DNA from: a virus
Lineage: Duplodnaviria > Caudoviricetes
Virus record (IMG/VR): IMGVR_UViG_3300025652_000068
Span: 1 to 61,159 of that record
Direction: 5' to 3' (one strand)
DNA: 61,159 bases
Of the stretch, positions 8,441-18,364 are shown piece by piece (position 1 is the first letter of the stretch; the number at the start of each line of letters is the position of its first letter). The position numbers were made by a program, and so were the translations under genes. The notes under the pieces were generated by a model. That model was not told where the DNA came from. It saw only the letters and a program-made list of their open reading frames with translations, and made no database searches.

Positions 8441-9352
8441 TTACGCAGCACCAGGAGAACCGAATATTCCTCTAGGATCAGAGAACCCAAATGAATATCT
8501 TTCTCTTGCTTTAAATCTTACATTACCTGTATCGAAGTCACCTTCCATAGCAGTTTTGATTGGTGCTCTAACAAACTGTTTAAGTCCATTAGGTGCATCA
8601 GTCATAATGAAGAAAGCATCAGTATCAGTTAAGTAATGATTAACTCTGTAGCCTTGTGGGATCATGCCCATTGAAGCCATAGCATTAATATCGTTATCTG
8701 ATGTACCGACACGCTGAGGTGTTTTCAATATTCTTTCCGCTGTGAACTGAAGTTCTTTTGGAATGATTAATTTAGCACCTTGTAAAGCAACTTTTAGACC
8801 TCTTTCATCAACAAATGCAGCAATATCGATAAGAGATTGCTCAATAGATGTTTCTGATAGGTCAGCAGCTGTTGACAACTCGTTAGCAAATGTACCGCCG
8901 TTTGTTAGAGGGTGTACAGCTGAACATAGTTCAACTCCGTCACCACCTGTGAAACTTGAGTTAAAAGCATTGTTAAGCACGTTAGCAGCTTTCACTTGTT
9001 TAGTGTTAGCCATTGAACGAGCCAATGCTCTTGTGTAACGACCTGCTAATCTGTCGTATAAATTATCCTCAATTGCTTCTTCTGTAATAGCAAAAGCCAT
9101 TGCGATAGTTTCGTGTGTGTACCTCGATGTATAACCTTCTTGTGCGGTATCAAATGATACACCTTCACCTTCAGATTTTACAGGAGCCGAACCGAAACCG
9201 GATAGGATCACTTCTTCTTCAAAAGCTCTATCAGAACTTTCCGAATCAAAGATCTCACTATGTTCGTTTTCGTATCGGTTATACTCTAGTCCAAAAAGAG
9301 CGTTAAGCCCAGGCTCTAACTCTTTGACTAGTTGGGATCTTGAAATAGCCAT
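8441..9352 (-). CDS. Major capsid protein
   Basis: MAISRSQLVKELEPGLNALFGLEY...KARERYSFG.SDPRG family signature; follows scaffold; strong terminator. Confidence 0.85.
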   Translation of the reverse strand: MAISRSQLVKELEPGLNALFGLEYNRYENEHSEIFDSESSDRAFEEEVILSGFGSAPVKSEGEGVSFDTAQEGYTSRYTHETIAMAFAITEEAIEDNLYDRLAGRYTRALARSMANTKQVKAANVLNNAFNSSFTGGDGVELCSAVHPLTNGGTFANELSTAADLSETSIEQSLIDIAAFVDERGLKVALQGAKLIIPKELQFTAERILKTPQRVGTSDNDINAMASMGMIPQGYRVNHYLTDTDAFFIMTDAPNGLKQFVRAPIKTAMEGDFDTGNVRFKARERYSFGFSDPRGIFGSPGAA

Positions 9353-9362
9353 AGTTAACCTC

Positions 9363-9947
9363 CTAAGCTAGACCGGCACCTTTTTGGCCGAATATGTGGT
9401 TTTGAATGATTACGCGCACATTGGTTGCATCAGCACCGACATCGCTATTTTCAGGATCTCTTGAAACATCGATCGCTTTAATAGGTAAGCCGGCAGTTGT
9501 TGCGCCAGTAGTTACATCTAATTCAGCACCGGATATACCAGTTGTTGTGCTTCCAGCTGATGTGTAAACGATATCAAAGTTACCGAATAAGTCAGCTATA
9601 GGGAAAGCAGCATCTGCTTGAATTTCGAAAATAACCATTGGGTCATCAATTATAAACGCTTCTATATCAGAAGCATTTGTGCTCGCAGGATAAAAGTTGG
9701 AAAAAGTTTCTTTTCCAGTGGATGGGTCTGTGTAGCGACATCCGTTAAAAACACCTACGATTGGAACTGTACCGCCATCGGCATGTACTTCAACAGTTCC
9801 GCCAGTGACTTGCATTACCATATCACCTTTGAAAATTGCTGTTCCATAGTTCGCAGCTATTCTATAACGAGTTTGTCCTCCAGTGTAGGGTGTTCCACCT
9901 ACTCTGCCTACCGGACGCATTCCAAATGCAGAATCTTGGTTTGCCAT
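9363..9947 (-). CDS. Capsid decoration/cement-like protein
   Basis: 194 aa immediately upstream of MCP; MAN.D.AFG.RP and GVF.GC motifs. Confidence 0.55.
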   Translation of the reverse strand: MANQDSAFGMRPVGRVGGTPYTGGQTRYRIAANYGTAIFKGDMVMQVTGGTVEVHADGGTVPIVGVFNGCRYTDPSTGKETFSNFYPASTNASDIEAFIIDDPMVIFEIQADAAFPIADLFGNFDIVYTSAGSTTTGISGAELDVTTGATTAGLPIKAIDVSRDPENSDVGADATNVRVIIQNHIFGQKGAGLA

Positions 9948-9998
9948 AATTAAACTCCATAAAATAGTTAAACAAATGTGGTTACAAAAGCTAAAAAA

Positions 9999-10472
9999 TT
10001 AAGACTTTCTGTTACCACCAAAAGTTACACGAGATTGTCTGTCAATATTAACAGGCATCTCTGGTCGTTGTTCCTTTAGAATGTCGTTATCAACTGCTTT
10101 AACTTGGTCAGCAGTAATTCCTTGAAAATACTGCTTGCGTTGCTCGACAATTTCTTCTGGTATCCTTGCCAACACAAGGCCTCCAACCCCGATTAACCCC
10201 TGATGTTTGCCTTCATGGATTACTGGATAGTCATGGTTACCGATTTCATTCTCAACTTCTTCAGCTCGAACAAATTCCCAACCTTCTCTGAGTTTTTTAG
10301 AAACATTACCTGAATCCATAAAACCCACACTTTCTACCCTAATCCACCTATGACAATAACCTTGCGGTGCAGGTGGTGCATCTAGACTTGATGGTGGCGC
10401 CCAAGGTTTATTACGAATATCCTTTTTCTCTTGGCTCGCGCGTGAGGTTTTCTTTACTGTACTTTTAGTCAT
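9999..10472 (-). CDS. Head-module protein, unknown function
   Basis: WAPPSSL, RWIR and KLREGWEFV motifs; between scaffold and capsid genes. Confidence 0.55.
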   Translation of the reverse strand: MTKSTVKKTSRASQEKKDIRNKPWAPPSSLDAPPAPQGYCHRWIRVESVGFMDSGNVSKKLREGWEFVRAEEVENEIGNHDYPVIHEGKHQGLIGVGGLVLARIPEEIVEQRKQYFQGITADQVKAVDNDILKEQRPEMPVNIDRQSRVTFGGNRKS

Positions 10473-10475
10473 AAT

Positions 10476-11372
10476 CTACTCCTTCACGAATTTCGCGTAT
10501 TCTTCTAGTGGCACCCCTAATTTTTTAGCTATCGCTACTTGTGAACGGGTGAGTTTCACGGTTCTGCGTCCTTGCTGTTTACGCCCCGCCGAGGCAACAG
10601 TTTGAACGGGTTTTTTATCTTCGACAAATTTATGAGGGAAATATTCTCTCATAGTCTTATCTATTTCATCATAGTATTCATCAGAGGTTGGGTCAACACC
10701 CTGTTGAACAAGTTCTTTATGTTTTTCAACAGCAGCACCCGTCATAACAGTATCATTGTTAAACCAAGTATTTTTACTAATCCAATTTTCTGCTTTTGGA
10801 TCTACTGCTGGAGCTTGAGGAACAGCTTCTTCCGCCTCAAGCTCTTTTACTTCTTGCTCTCTTTGAGCTAACTTAACTCTAGCTTTTTCTTTTTCAATTG
10901 CTAGTCTTGTCAACTCATCATTAGCCTCAACCATTTTATCAACGTCGCCATCAGCTGTTGCAGTCGCTAGTTTAGCTTTCACTTGTTCTCTTTGAGAATC
11001 AACTCTTGCATCAAACTCTTTTAAATGATTATCCTCAACAGAGTTTAAAGTGGATTTAGTTGAATTATATTTGTCTTGTAAACCTTTAGCATAATCAAGA
11101 GCAGCTTTTTCTCTTCTTTCTGCTTCTCTCATTTTACGAGTTAGTTTATCAATTCTTTTTTGCGTTTTTTCTGATACATCTTGTAAATTATCTTCACTTT
11201 TAGGCTCTTCGATAATTTCAGCTTTATCGTTATTAATTGGATCTGTGTAACCTAAATCAACCTCAGGGGTTGCGGTAGATTCTTCAGTTGTAGAAGGTTG
11301 TTCCACATCAATAGAACTTTCTTCAATACCATCAGTATCTAATTCAACATCTTGTACTTGTGCTTCTGACAT
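10476..11372 (-). CDS. Capsid scaffolding protein
   Basis: Acidic N-terminus, long coiled coil, C-terminal VAIAKKLGVPLEEYAK helix; upstream of MCP. Confidence 0.7.
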   Translation of the reverse strand: MSEAQVQDVELDTDGIEESSIDVEQPSTTEESTATPEVDLGYTDPINNDKAEIIEEPKSEDNLQDVSEKTQKRIDKLTRKMREAERREKAALDYAKGLQDKYNSTKSTLNSVEDNHLKEFDARVDSQREQVKAKLATATADGDVDKMVEANDELTRLAIEKEKARVKLAQREQEVKELEAEEAVPQAPAVDPKAENWISKNTWFNNDTVMTGAAVEKHKELVQQGVDPTSDEYYDEIDKTMREYFPHKFVEDKKPVQTVASAGRKQQGRRTVKLTRSQVAIAKKLGVPLEEYAKFVKE

Positions 11373-11381
11373 ATTTTACTC

Positions 11382-11819
11382 CTAAAATAGTGCGAGGATA
11401 TCCTCGGGTTTTTCAATTGTACCTATAATCTCATCATCATTAATAATTCTGTGTTCACCAAAACTAGTTTTAAATCTTGCTCCAGCATATCTACCGATTA
11501 CAACAAACTGGCCTTCTTTACACCAAGGTGTTAAAAATTTTTCTGTGTCTGTGTAGCACATGTTACCCATTTTTACCACATATCCAACTACTGAGGTCAT
11601 TTCAGAAGTTTCTAATGTTTGTTCTGATAATGCGATACCACCTTTAGTTGTTTCAGCCATTTTCCACATTTTAAGTAAAATACGATAACCAACTGGGTCA
11701 GGTAATCGATTCATGTGTTTTATATAGTCTTGTGTTGGTTTTGGAACTTCTTTTTCAGACGGTGAATTGACTTCATCTTTAATGTAGTCAGGTTTTATGA
11801 TGTTTGACTTACTTGTCAT
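11382..11819 (-). CDS. groES: Co-chaperonin GroES
   Basis: P.GYRIL, ETTKGGI mobile loop, RYAG and IINDDEII motifs. Confidence 0.85.
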   Translation of the reverse strand: MTSKSNIIKPDYIKDEVNSPSEKEVPKPTQDYIKHMNRLPDPVGYRILLKMWKMAETTKGGIALSEQTLETSEMTSVVGYVVKMGNMCYTDTEKFLTPWCKEGQFVVIGRYAGARFKTSFGEHRIINDDEIIGTIEKPEDILALF

Positions 11820-12004
11820 GTATTCTCCTCATTTTTTTGCAGGTCTTTTAAATCCTGAAGCAGTGCTTCATATGCACCGATCTTGCCTTTAGCATATTGT
11901 AATTGTTCTAAGTTGTCTACCCCATATACGATATGATCTTTAGTTTCATCAACTCTTTTTCTAATAAAGTGAATCAGACTTTGAATTGTATCTGGATCGT
12001 GCAT
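11816..12004 (-). CDS. Small head-module protein
   Basis: 62 aa, ATGA-coupled to groES. Confidence 0.55.
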   Translation of the reverse strand: MHDPDTIQSLIHFIRKRVDETKDHIVYGVDNLEQLQYAKGKIGAYEALLQDLKDLQKNEENT

Positions 12005-12685
12005 TTATTTTTTCTTCTCTGGTGCGTATAAATTATTAAATGTGTATTCCCAATCCATGTAACTGTCGTGCGCTTCTGCTTTATGTGTCCATTGTGATGG
12101 AATAAAATCTGGTGGACCATTCCCAGTCACCCACATAGCAGGTGAAGTCACGCGTACGCGATTATTAGGTAAGGCTACAAAACAACCTTTCCACGGACCT
12201 TCAGTCAATGCTAGTACATGTGATTGTTTATGTTGTGCTGGATCATCTGCTATTTCACTGTTTGTGTAATCTACAGTAAAATAATATTTAGCAGTATAGA
12301 ATTCGTTTTCAATTCGAGCTAACCAAGGACTTGAACTAGTTCTATCAAAAATTACAATTGAATGATCTCTAGAAGATACATCCCAAGGTTGAGCTATATG
12401 TGTTGGCATGGGTGGTGGTATTTCATCTAGTGGTTCATCTTCGACCAATGCAGTAATTGGCATACGCGCCCACATTGCACCACCATGCGGATTTTCCAAA
12501 CGATTCTCTTCATCTTCACAACCAGTAAAGATAACTTGAAAACTTAAACAACGATCTGGGATACAGTTAACTGCGATAACATAACAGTGTAGAAACTCAC
12601 CGTGATAAGCACGATGGTTATGTGTAAATTCTTTTCTGACCCATGCCTTTAAAACTAAAGGTATGTTCGATATTAAATGTGACAA
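12005..12685 (-). CDS. Hypothetical phage protein
   Basis: 226 aa, GGAMWARMPITAL, QHKQSHV and PNNRVR motifs. Confidence 0.6.
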   Translation of the reverse strand: MSHLISNIPLVLKAWVRKEFTHNHRAYHGEFLHCYVIAVNCIPDRCLSFQVIFTGCEDEENRLENPHGGAMWARMPITALVEDEPLDEIPPPMPTHIAQPWDVSSRDHSIVIFDRTSSSPWLARIENEFYTAKYYFTVDYTNSEIADDPAQHKQSHVLALTEGPWKGCFVALPNNRVRVTSPAMWVTGNGPPDFIPSQWTHKAEAHDSYMDWEYTFNNLYAPEKKK

Positions 12686-12687
12686 AT

Positions 12688-12927
12688 TTAACCCTTTGTT
12701 ATTTTGTATCCCATTTTTCTAGCAGCTGCTCTTAAACCGGCAACTGACATTTTAGCTCCGCCTTTAGCATAACCTTTTGCCATCTTACCACCCATGGCTT
12801 TCATCATTTTAGCTCCGCCTTTGGCATAACCTTTAGCCATTTTACCGCCTCTAGCTTTTAATGGTTTTGCTGGTTTTGCTGGTTTTGCTGGTGTTAATCC
12901 TTTTTTCACTTTTGGTCCTACTGCCAT
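12688..12927 (-). CDS. Small basic protein with xxGG repeats
   Basis: GGKMAKGYAKGGAKM occurs twice; MAVGP start; strong SD. Confidence 0.65.
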   Translation of the reverse strand: MAVGPKVKKGLTPAKPAKPAKPLKARGGKMAKGYAKGGAKMMKAMGGKMAKGYAKGGAKMSVAGLRAAARKMGYKITKG

Positions 12928-12936
12928 GCCTGCCTC

Positions 12937-13314
12937 CTAACGTTTAAATTTACCGATTGATTTTAAACCAAAACTGGCACCAATGGAAGCCATTATAGAC
13001 CATTGTAACCATTCTGGAAATGTAGCTAAAAACTCTATGCCCCTAGCAACATAGGGTTGAAAATAAGGTATAAAGCTAAAAATTATTATAGCAATAAAAC
13101 AAATAGTCCAAGCTTCATCCTTCCACGAATCATCACTTGCCTTTGCCATAGCGGTTTCCCATTCGACCTTACCTTCCGCCACCTTTTTTTGCACTGCAAC
13201 TTTAGCATCAATCTCTGCGATTTTTAAATTACTTTTAGCAACCGATTCTTTACTCTTGTGTTCAAAATAGCCCCCTACAGCCTTCGATAATCCAGATACA
13301 ATTAAACCTACCAT
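12937..13314 (-). CDS. Putative holin
   Basis: Hydrophobic segments, SWKDE.W motif, basic C-terminus after ASFG. Confidence 0.55.
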   Translation of the reverse strand: MVGLIVSGLSKAVGGYFEHKSKESVAKSNLKIAEIDAKVAVQKKVAEGKVEWETAMAKASDDSWKDEAWTICFIAIIIFSFIPYFQPYVARGIEFLATFPEWLQWSIMASIGASFGLKSIGKFKR

Positions 13315-13472
13315 TATTTGACTCCTATAAATTTTTGACCTTTGACTTGAATAGCACTAACTCCTTTGTAAGGACTTTTTGCACCTACATCACGAAATGG
13401 ACAACCACCGTTTTTTAAACCTTGTGGGTTTGGTCCTCGTTTAGGTGGTACTGTTTTACTTAGTTTTTTCAT
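13314..13472 (-). CDS. 52-aa basic protein (not in ORF track)
   Basis: MKKLSKTVPPKRGPNPQGLKNGGCPFRDVGAKSPYKGVSAIQVKGQKFIGVK; TAATG coupling to holin. Confidence 0.65.
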   Translation of the reverse strand: MKKLSKTVPPKRGPNPQGLKNGGCPFRDVGAKSPYKGVSAIQVKGQKFIGVK

Positions 13473-15807
13473 CTTTACCAGTGTCCTGTTTCAATTTATC
13501 ACGCATGATATCTAATTTATCATCTGCGACTCGTATTCTTTCTTTACCAGCATCTTCACTGTCTTCACGTTCCATTTTATCTAAATCAATTCGTTGGTCA
13601 AACTCATCTGCTTTTCTCTGTTCTTGCACTAAGAATTCTTCACCCTTACGTTGCATGTCAGCAGCACGCATATCTAACTCTTGTTGCTTCAATCTAACCA
13701 ATGGATCATCAGCAGGCTGCTCTTGTTCAACTAATTCTTCTGTCAATACTTGTATTCTTTCTGCATGCACGCCATCAAAAATCTGCCTAAACCCTTCTGG
13801 ATCAGTTTGTTGTAGTTGCATTACATCAGGTTGTTCTTTTTGAATTAAAATTAAAGATTGAGCCTTAGCTTTGAAAGATATGTGTTCACTAATGTGTGCT
13901 TGTAATAAAGCATACACTTGTGGGTTCATTTGTACCATTCTGGTTTTCATAAACGCCATGTGAGCAAAAATATGCGCATCATGGTTTTGAAACTCAAATA
14001 CTTTAAGAGGTTTCATAGCTAAAGCGTCTGCATTTTCTAATGCAGGGTCTTTTGGTTGCGGTTCTTCTTGTTTTTTAAGCAAAGTGTTAATGTCTTTTGT
14101 ACCTAATGCTGCATAAACACGACGATATGCTTCATGTATATTGTGCATTTGCGGATTTGACTGAGCAATTTGCAATTGTGTCTGTGCTAAAGTCACTCTT
14201 TGCGACATTGAGAAGATATTTGGATCTGCAACCGGTATTACATCAACTTCTGGACTAAAATCAGCCTGTTTTACCATTCGATCACCACCATAAACCGCAT
14301 ATGGGTACACTGGAGGCAGATATGAAGCAAAAACATTGTTCAAAAGTCTAAATTCTTGTCGCATTGCGTAGTAACAACGCTTATGTATGGCACTCATGAC
14401 CCTTGAACCACGTTCTAAAAGAGCAACAGTCGTACCAACTGCTCTATTTTTACCATCTTCACCCACTTGCATGTCTGCAATTGCTGCAAAACGCTGTCCA
14501 GCTTGTACTACAAAGCCTAAAAGTTGAAATAAAGTTTGACTTGGCTCTTTAAATGGTAATTGCATGAAAGAATCTTGTATTCTTCCACCAACAATATCAA
14601 CATCTCTGAACTCACCTGGTTGAAAGGGCTGATCATCATCACGAATACGCATACCACGAGTTTTAAAACCAGCTGGTAGGTTAGCTAATGTACCTGCATC
14701 TAGTAATTGTCTTAACGATGCAGTAGCGGTCTTGCTCAAACCACCAATCATGTGTATTAAACCAAAACCATAGAAACCTAAACCAGGTAAAAATTTGTAA
14801 TGCACAAAAAATTCTTTGCGTTTAAGTAATGGATCATCAGGTTCAAAGTTACGATAGATAGATAATATTTCTCTTGAACCTTCGTCTAAAGTTACAATGT
14901 AAGGTATCTTTATATTTTTTTCATCGCTCTTGTTTTCAGGATCTACTAAATCTAAATCAACATGCATTTCTAAAACATTAAATTGGTAATCACCGTCGGC
15001 ATCACCTGAACGATTTTGACCACTTAACTCATTGTATTTATCTTGCACTTCACTATCTTCCATGCGACTAGGTAGAATATCTACATCACGATAAAATCCT
15101 ATTTGTTGTTTTTTTAAAATATCGTTTTCGCTCATACGAACTAGATGTGTAATACGCTCACAGTCTTTTAGGTCTGTAGCATAGTAAGGCACGACTAAAT
15201 CTTCCGCAGGTACAAATTTTGATATTGCTCGTTGTAATACATCATCAAAATAAACTTTTTTAAATGCAGATCCAGCAAGTGGTAAATAAAATAATAATTG
15301 ATCAAAATCAGGAGTGTATTCTTCCATCTCCTCAGTAATCATATAGTTCATAAATTCTTCAACACGTTGTGCTTGTGCTTCTTTTTCTGGTGTCAAAGCA
15401 CCAACGACTTTTGAACTAACCGGTCCATCAGAAGGTAACAATTCTTTGTAAGCTTGCGCTTGAAATTGAGTCACTGATTCAGCAAGCATTGGATGAGTCA
15501 CTGAACTAGCGCCTTGAAAAGGACCGCTTTCATTATTGTATTTAAAACCTAGTAAATCTAAACCAGAAGTGTACGACTTTTCCCAATCACTTCTTGATTC
15601 TTTGTCTTTTTTGTAATCGGCGAGTAATTCATTAGCCATACCAGCTAGTATTCTTTCATCCATACCTTCAGCAAGATTGACATAAAAATCCTGAGCCTCT
15701 TCTTGCACTTGCTCTGGTTCAACAGCTTCATCTGTAATTTCTACATCAACAGGTTCAACTGCATCTACTTCTTCTTGCGTTACTTGAATATTGTCTTCAA
15801 CAGCCAT
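13456..15807 (-). CDS. Portal protein
   Basis: 783 aa between TerL and scaffold/MCP; G.AFKKVY, GFYGFG and LLDAGTL.NL motifs, C-terminal coiled coil. Confidence 0.85.
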   Translation of the reverse strand: MAVEDNIQVTQEEVDAVEPVDVEITDEAVEPEQVQEEAQDFYVNLAEGMDERILAGMANELLADYKKDKESRSDWEKSYTSGLDLLGFKYNNESGPFQGASSVTHPMLAESVTQFQAQAYKELLPSDGPVSSKVVGALTPEKEAQAQRVEEFMNYMITEEMEEYTPDFDQLLFYLPLAGSAFKKVYFDDVLQRAISKFVPAEDLVVPYYATDLKDCERITHLVRMSENDILKKQQIGFYRDVDILPSRMEDSEVQDKYNELSGQNRSGDADGDYQFNVLEMHVDLDLVDPENKSDEKNIKIPYIVTLDEGSREILSIYRNFEPDDPLLKRKEFFVHYKFLPGLGFYGFGLIHMIGGLSKTATASLRQLLDAGTLANLPAGFKTRGMRIRDDDQPFQPGEFRDVDIVGGRIQDSFMQLPFKEPSQTLFQLLGFVVQAGQRFAAIADMQVGEDGKNRAVGTTVALLERGSRVMSAIHKRCYYAMRQEFRLLNNVFASYLPPVYPYAVYGGDRMVKQADFSPEVDVIPVADPNIFSMSQRVTLAQTQLQIAQSNPQMHNIHEAYRRVYAALGTKDINTLLKKQEEPQPKDPALENADALAMKPLKVFEFQNHDAHIFAHMAFMKTRMVQMNPQVYALLQAHISEHISFKAKAQSLILIQKEQPDVMQLQQTDPEGFRQIFDGVHAERIQVLTEELVEQEQPADDPLVRLKQQELDMRAADMQRKGEEFLVQEQRKADEFDQRIDLDKMEREDSEDAGKERIRVADDKLDIMRDKLKQDTGKDEKTK

Positions 15808-15809
15808 GA

Positions 15810-16061
15810 TTAAGTCACCTTTGTTTTTTTGTTTTTTCCTAGTTTACATTTAACTTGCACATATTTCCCAGTTTTTGCACTCATAGGAATAGCAGTAGGG
15901 ATAGCACCTACTTTTTTTAACGGGTTAAACCTTGCTGTGCTGTTAGCAAGTAACCTTTGTAGCGATTTGTTTTTAGCAGCTATTTGCCTAATACCAGCAG
16001 TGGCTTTCTTCTGCTTTCTTTCGCTGTATAATTCTTTTAATCTTGGGTCTATTTTTGTCAT
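15810..16061 (-). CDS. Small basic putative internal virion protein
   Basis: Ends AKTGKYVQVKCKLGKNKKTKVT, homologous to the end of 3894..4268. Confidence 0.55.
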   Translation of the reverse strand: MTKIDPRLKELYSERKQKKATAGIRQIAAKNKSLQRLLANSTARFNPLKKVGAIPTAIPMSAKTGKYVQVKCKLGKNKKTKVT

Positions 16062-16070
16062 ATTAAAATT

Positions 16071-18359
16071 CTACCACTTAAATATATCAACTACCAGACC
16101 ACCTGTTTTCTTATATAACTTAAAGGGTTTACTCTTCATTTCAGGGGTTATTTTTAAGCCAAATACTGGGTAATATAGTTCTGGATCATCAGCGTCCATT
16201 TCAACTATTCTCCCGCTTTTTTGTCTAGTAAATCTTTCCGCTTCAAGTCTAGTCTTAAATGCAGCAAGATGCTCCGTATTAGCATAAGTAAAAGTTTCTT
16301 CGCCAGCGTCAAAACCACCATCCTGTATTACTTTAAATCGTTTTTTTGGATCTGATTTAGCCACTTGAATAGTTTTAGCTTCAGATTTATATTGTTTTGC
16401 TAAGTCTTTTAAAATTTTAGGATAAGTTGCTGTTTGGTTTGGGTTAGTTTTTTTACCTTGGAGTTCATAATTTTTGTAACCGGCTGTACCTCTAGCATTA
16501 CCATAGTTTAATAGACTACCCAATTGTCTGTCTGGTCTTTTTTTCAAAGAAACCATTTCAGCTGGATTGATAGCTACGTAGTCAACATCATTTCGTGCAG
16601 CTTGTTTGACTAAATATTTTAATCCGTGCGCGCCATAACCTCTTTCAGTATCCAACATAGGTTGGAAATGTACAGAAGATTCGTTGTATTTTCTTTTTAA
16701 ATCTTCTACGCTCATATTACCCGTTTTAGGATCTTTTTGCATTGCACTTATTTCATCAAACTCTTTAGATAATTTTGCATATTCTTTTGATGCCGCTGTA
16801 TCAAATCTACCGGTAAGCGCTGTTTGATTTGCTATTAAATCTTCCATTTCATAATATTTTTCTACACGTCTGTCTTTAAAAAGTGATTGTAAAAAATCAG
16901 CGTTAGTTGGATTTATTCTTGGCTTATCGTATTTTGGATCTACTACATCTCTATTGCTTTTTAATATTTTATTAGCTGACTGTTGTACATCTGCTTGCAG
17001 CTCATCCAATACATAAACTTTTTCATTAGAGTTGCCCTGTAAGGATCGTTTACCATAACGAATGTGATACAACTGATTATCTGCAATATTGTCATAGTGT
17101 TTATTTCTAGGTTTTTGAAATTGAGATCCAAACAAACTTTCACCGGTAGGTCCACCTTTAGGGTTTTTAAAATAAATTAAATCTTCAAAATATTCTTCTG
17201 GACCATAAAGACGATAATTTGCCTCTTGGCTGTATCTGACCGAATTACCCATACCTATTTCTTTTTGTAGCACACCAACAAAATTGTCAAATTTATTCAT
17301 TAAAGGCCCAAGGGTACTATCAAACGGTATACCCAAATCATCAAACCTTTCTTTTTTAACACTTAACCCACTAATGGCTCCTCTCATTGTGTTTAAAAAT
17401 TCACTATCAAGTTCTTTACCTGGAGTAGAACTAGCACCAAAATTCCTAGCTTTAAAATCAGTACCTTTGGAGTAGTAGTATCCAACTAAGTCATCAAGGT
17501 CTTCTTGTAGCCTCACTGCATCTGCATTGATGGGTACATTAGGATTCTTTTGCCTAGCTATATCATTTTTATTAGCTAGGTCATCGACTTGTTTTTTTAC
17601 TCTTGCTATTACATCATCAAACTCATCAAAAAAATCTTCGGCTGCTGGTTTAAAATCTTGACTATAGCCCATGCGAATATGTGCGGTGTTGTGTGCTGGA
17701 GATTTAGCTACCATCTCTAATAATGTTTTTGCCGATACCGGTACCTTTTCATCTTGTGCCAGTTTAAGGTAACCACCTATTAAATTATTTTTCTCATCAA
17801 AGTAAGCTATGTTGGTATCCGCTAACTCATCTCGCGTTACATTTAATTTTACGTCACCTATCTTACCGACTTGTCCTTTTTTAAAATAATCTGCCCACGC
17901 TTGAGCTGGTGCTTGATAACCTTTTTTTCTACCCATGTTTGGAAAAGTTGCAATGGCATCAAACAAAGCAGAGCCGTGCACACTGACATCTGTATCAGGA
18001 GCCGTGTTGCGTCCTGCTAACGTTAAAGGATTATCTGCCACTCTTTGTTTAATATCATCGACAACATTGACATCGTAATCCATTTGTTCACGAGCCTCTT
18101 TTTGCCTTTTCTGTAACGCCGTTAACGTTTCATCTTCTGGAATAATTCTAGCGTTGGATAATTCATTTCCTTTGGTTGCGGGCAGATCAGAAATCTCATT
18201 TTTTGGTTTCATTAAACCTTTAATGCCTGAATAGATTTTTTTACCTGCACGACCAATAGGGGTTTTTGCTGCGATGCCGGTAATGATACCCGCACCGATA
18301 CCAAGTGCACCTAGATTTTCACGATTCTGTTCTTGAATTGTTTTCTCTTGCTCTGCCAT
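16071..18359 (-). CDS. Large uncharacterised protein, probably virion-packaged
   Basis: 762 aa; N-terminal hydrophobic Gly-rich helix; VLDELQADV motif; terminal KTGGLV. Confidence 0.55.
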   Translation of the reverse strand: MAEQEKTIQEQNRENLGALGIGAGIITGIAAKTPIGRAGKKIYSGIKGLMKPKNEISDLPATKGNELSNARIIPEDETLTALQKRQKEAREQMDYDVNVVDDIKQRVADNPLTLAGRNTAPDTDVSVHGSALFDAIATFPNMGRKKGYQAPAQAWADYFKKGQVGKIGDVKLNVTRDELADTNIAYFDEKNNLIGGYLKLAQDEKVPVSAKTLLEMVAKSPAHNTAHIRMGYSQDFKPAAEDFFDEFDDVIARVKKQVDDLANKNDIARQKNPNVPINADAVRLQEDLDDLVGYYYSKGTDFKARNFGASSTPGKELDSEFLNTMRGAISGLSVKKERFDDLGIPFDSTLGPLMNKFDNFVGVLQKEIGMGNSVRYSQEANYRLYGPEEYFEDLIYFKNPKGGPTGESLFGSQFQKPRNKHYDNIADNQLYHIRYGKRSLQGNSNEKVYVLDELQADVQQSANKILKSNRDVVDPKYDKPRINPTNADFLQSLFKDRRVEKYYEMEDLIANQTALTGRFDTAASKEYAKLSKEFDEISAMQKDPKTGNMSVEDLKRKYNESSVHFQPMLDTERGYGAHGLKYLVKQAARNDVDYVAINPAEMVSLKKRPDRQLGSLLNYGNARGTAGYKNYELQGKKTNPNQTATYPKILKDLAKQYKSEAKTIQVAKSDPKKRFKVIQDGGFDAGEETFTYANTEHLAAFKTRLEAERFTRQKSGRIVEMDADDPELYYPVFGLKITPEMKSKPFKLYKKTGGLVVDIFKW

Positions 18360-18364
18360 ACGCT

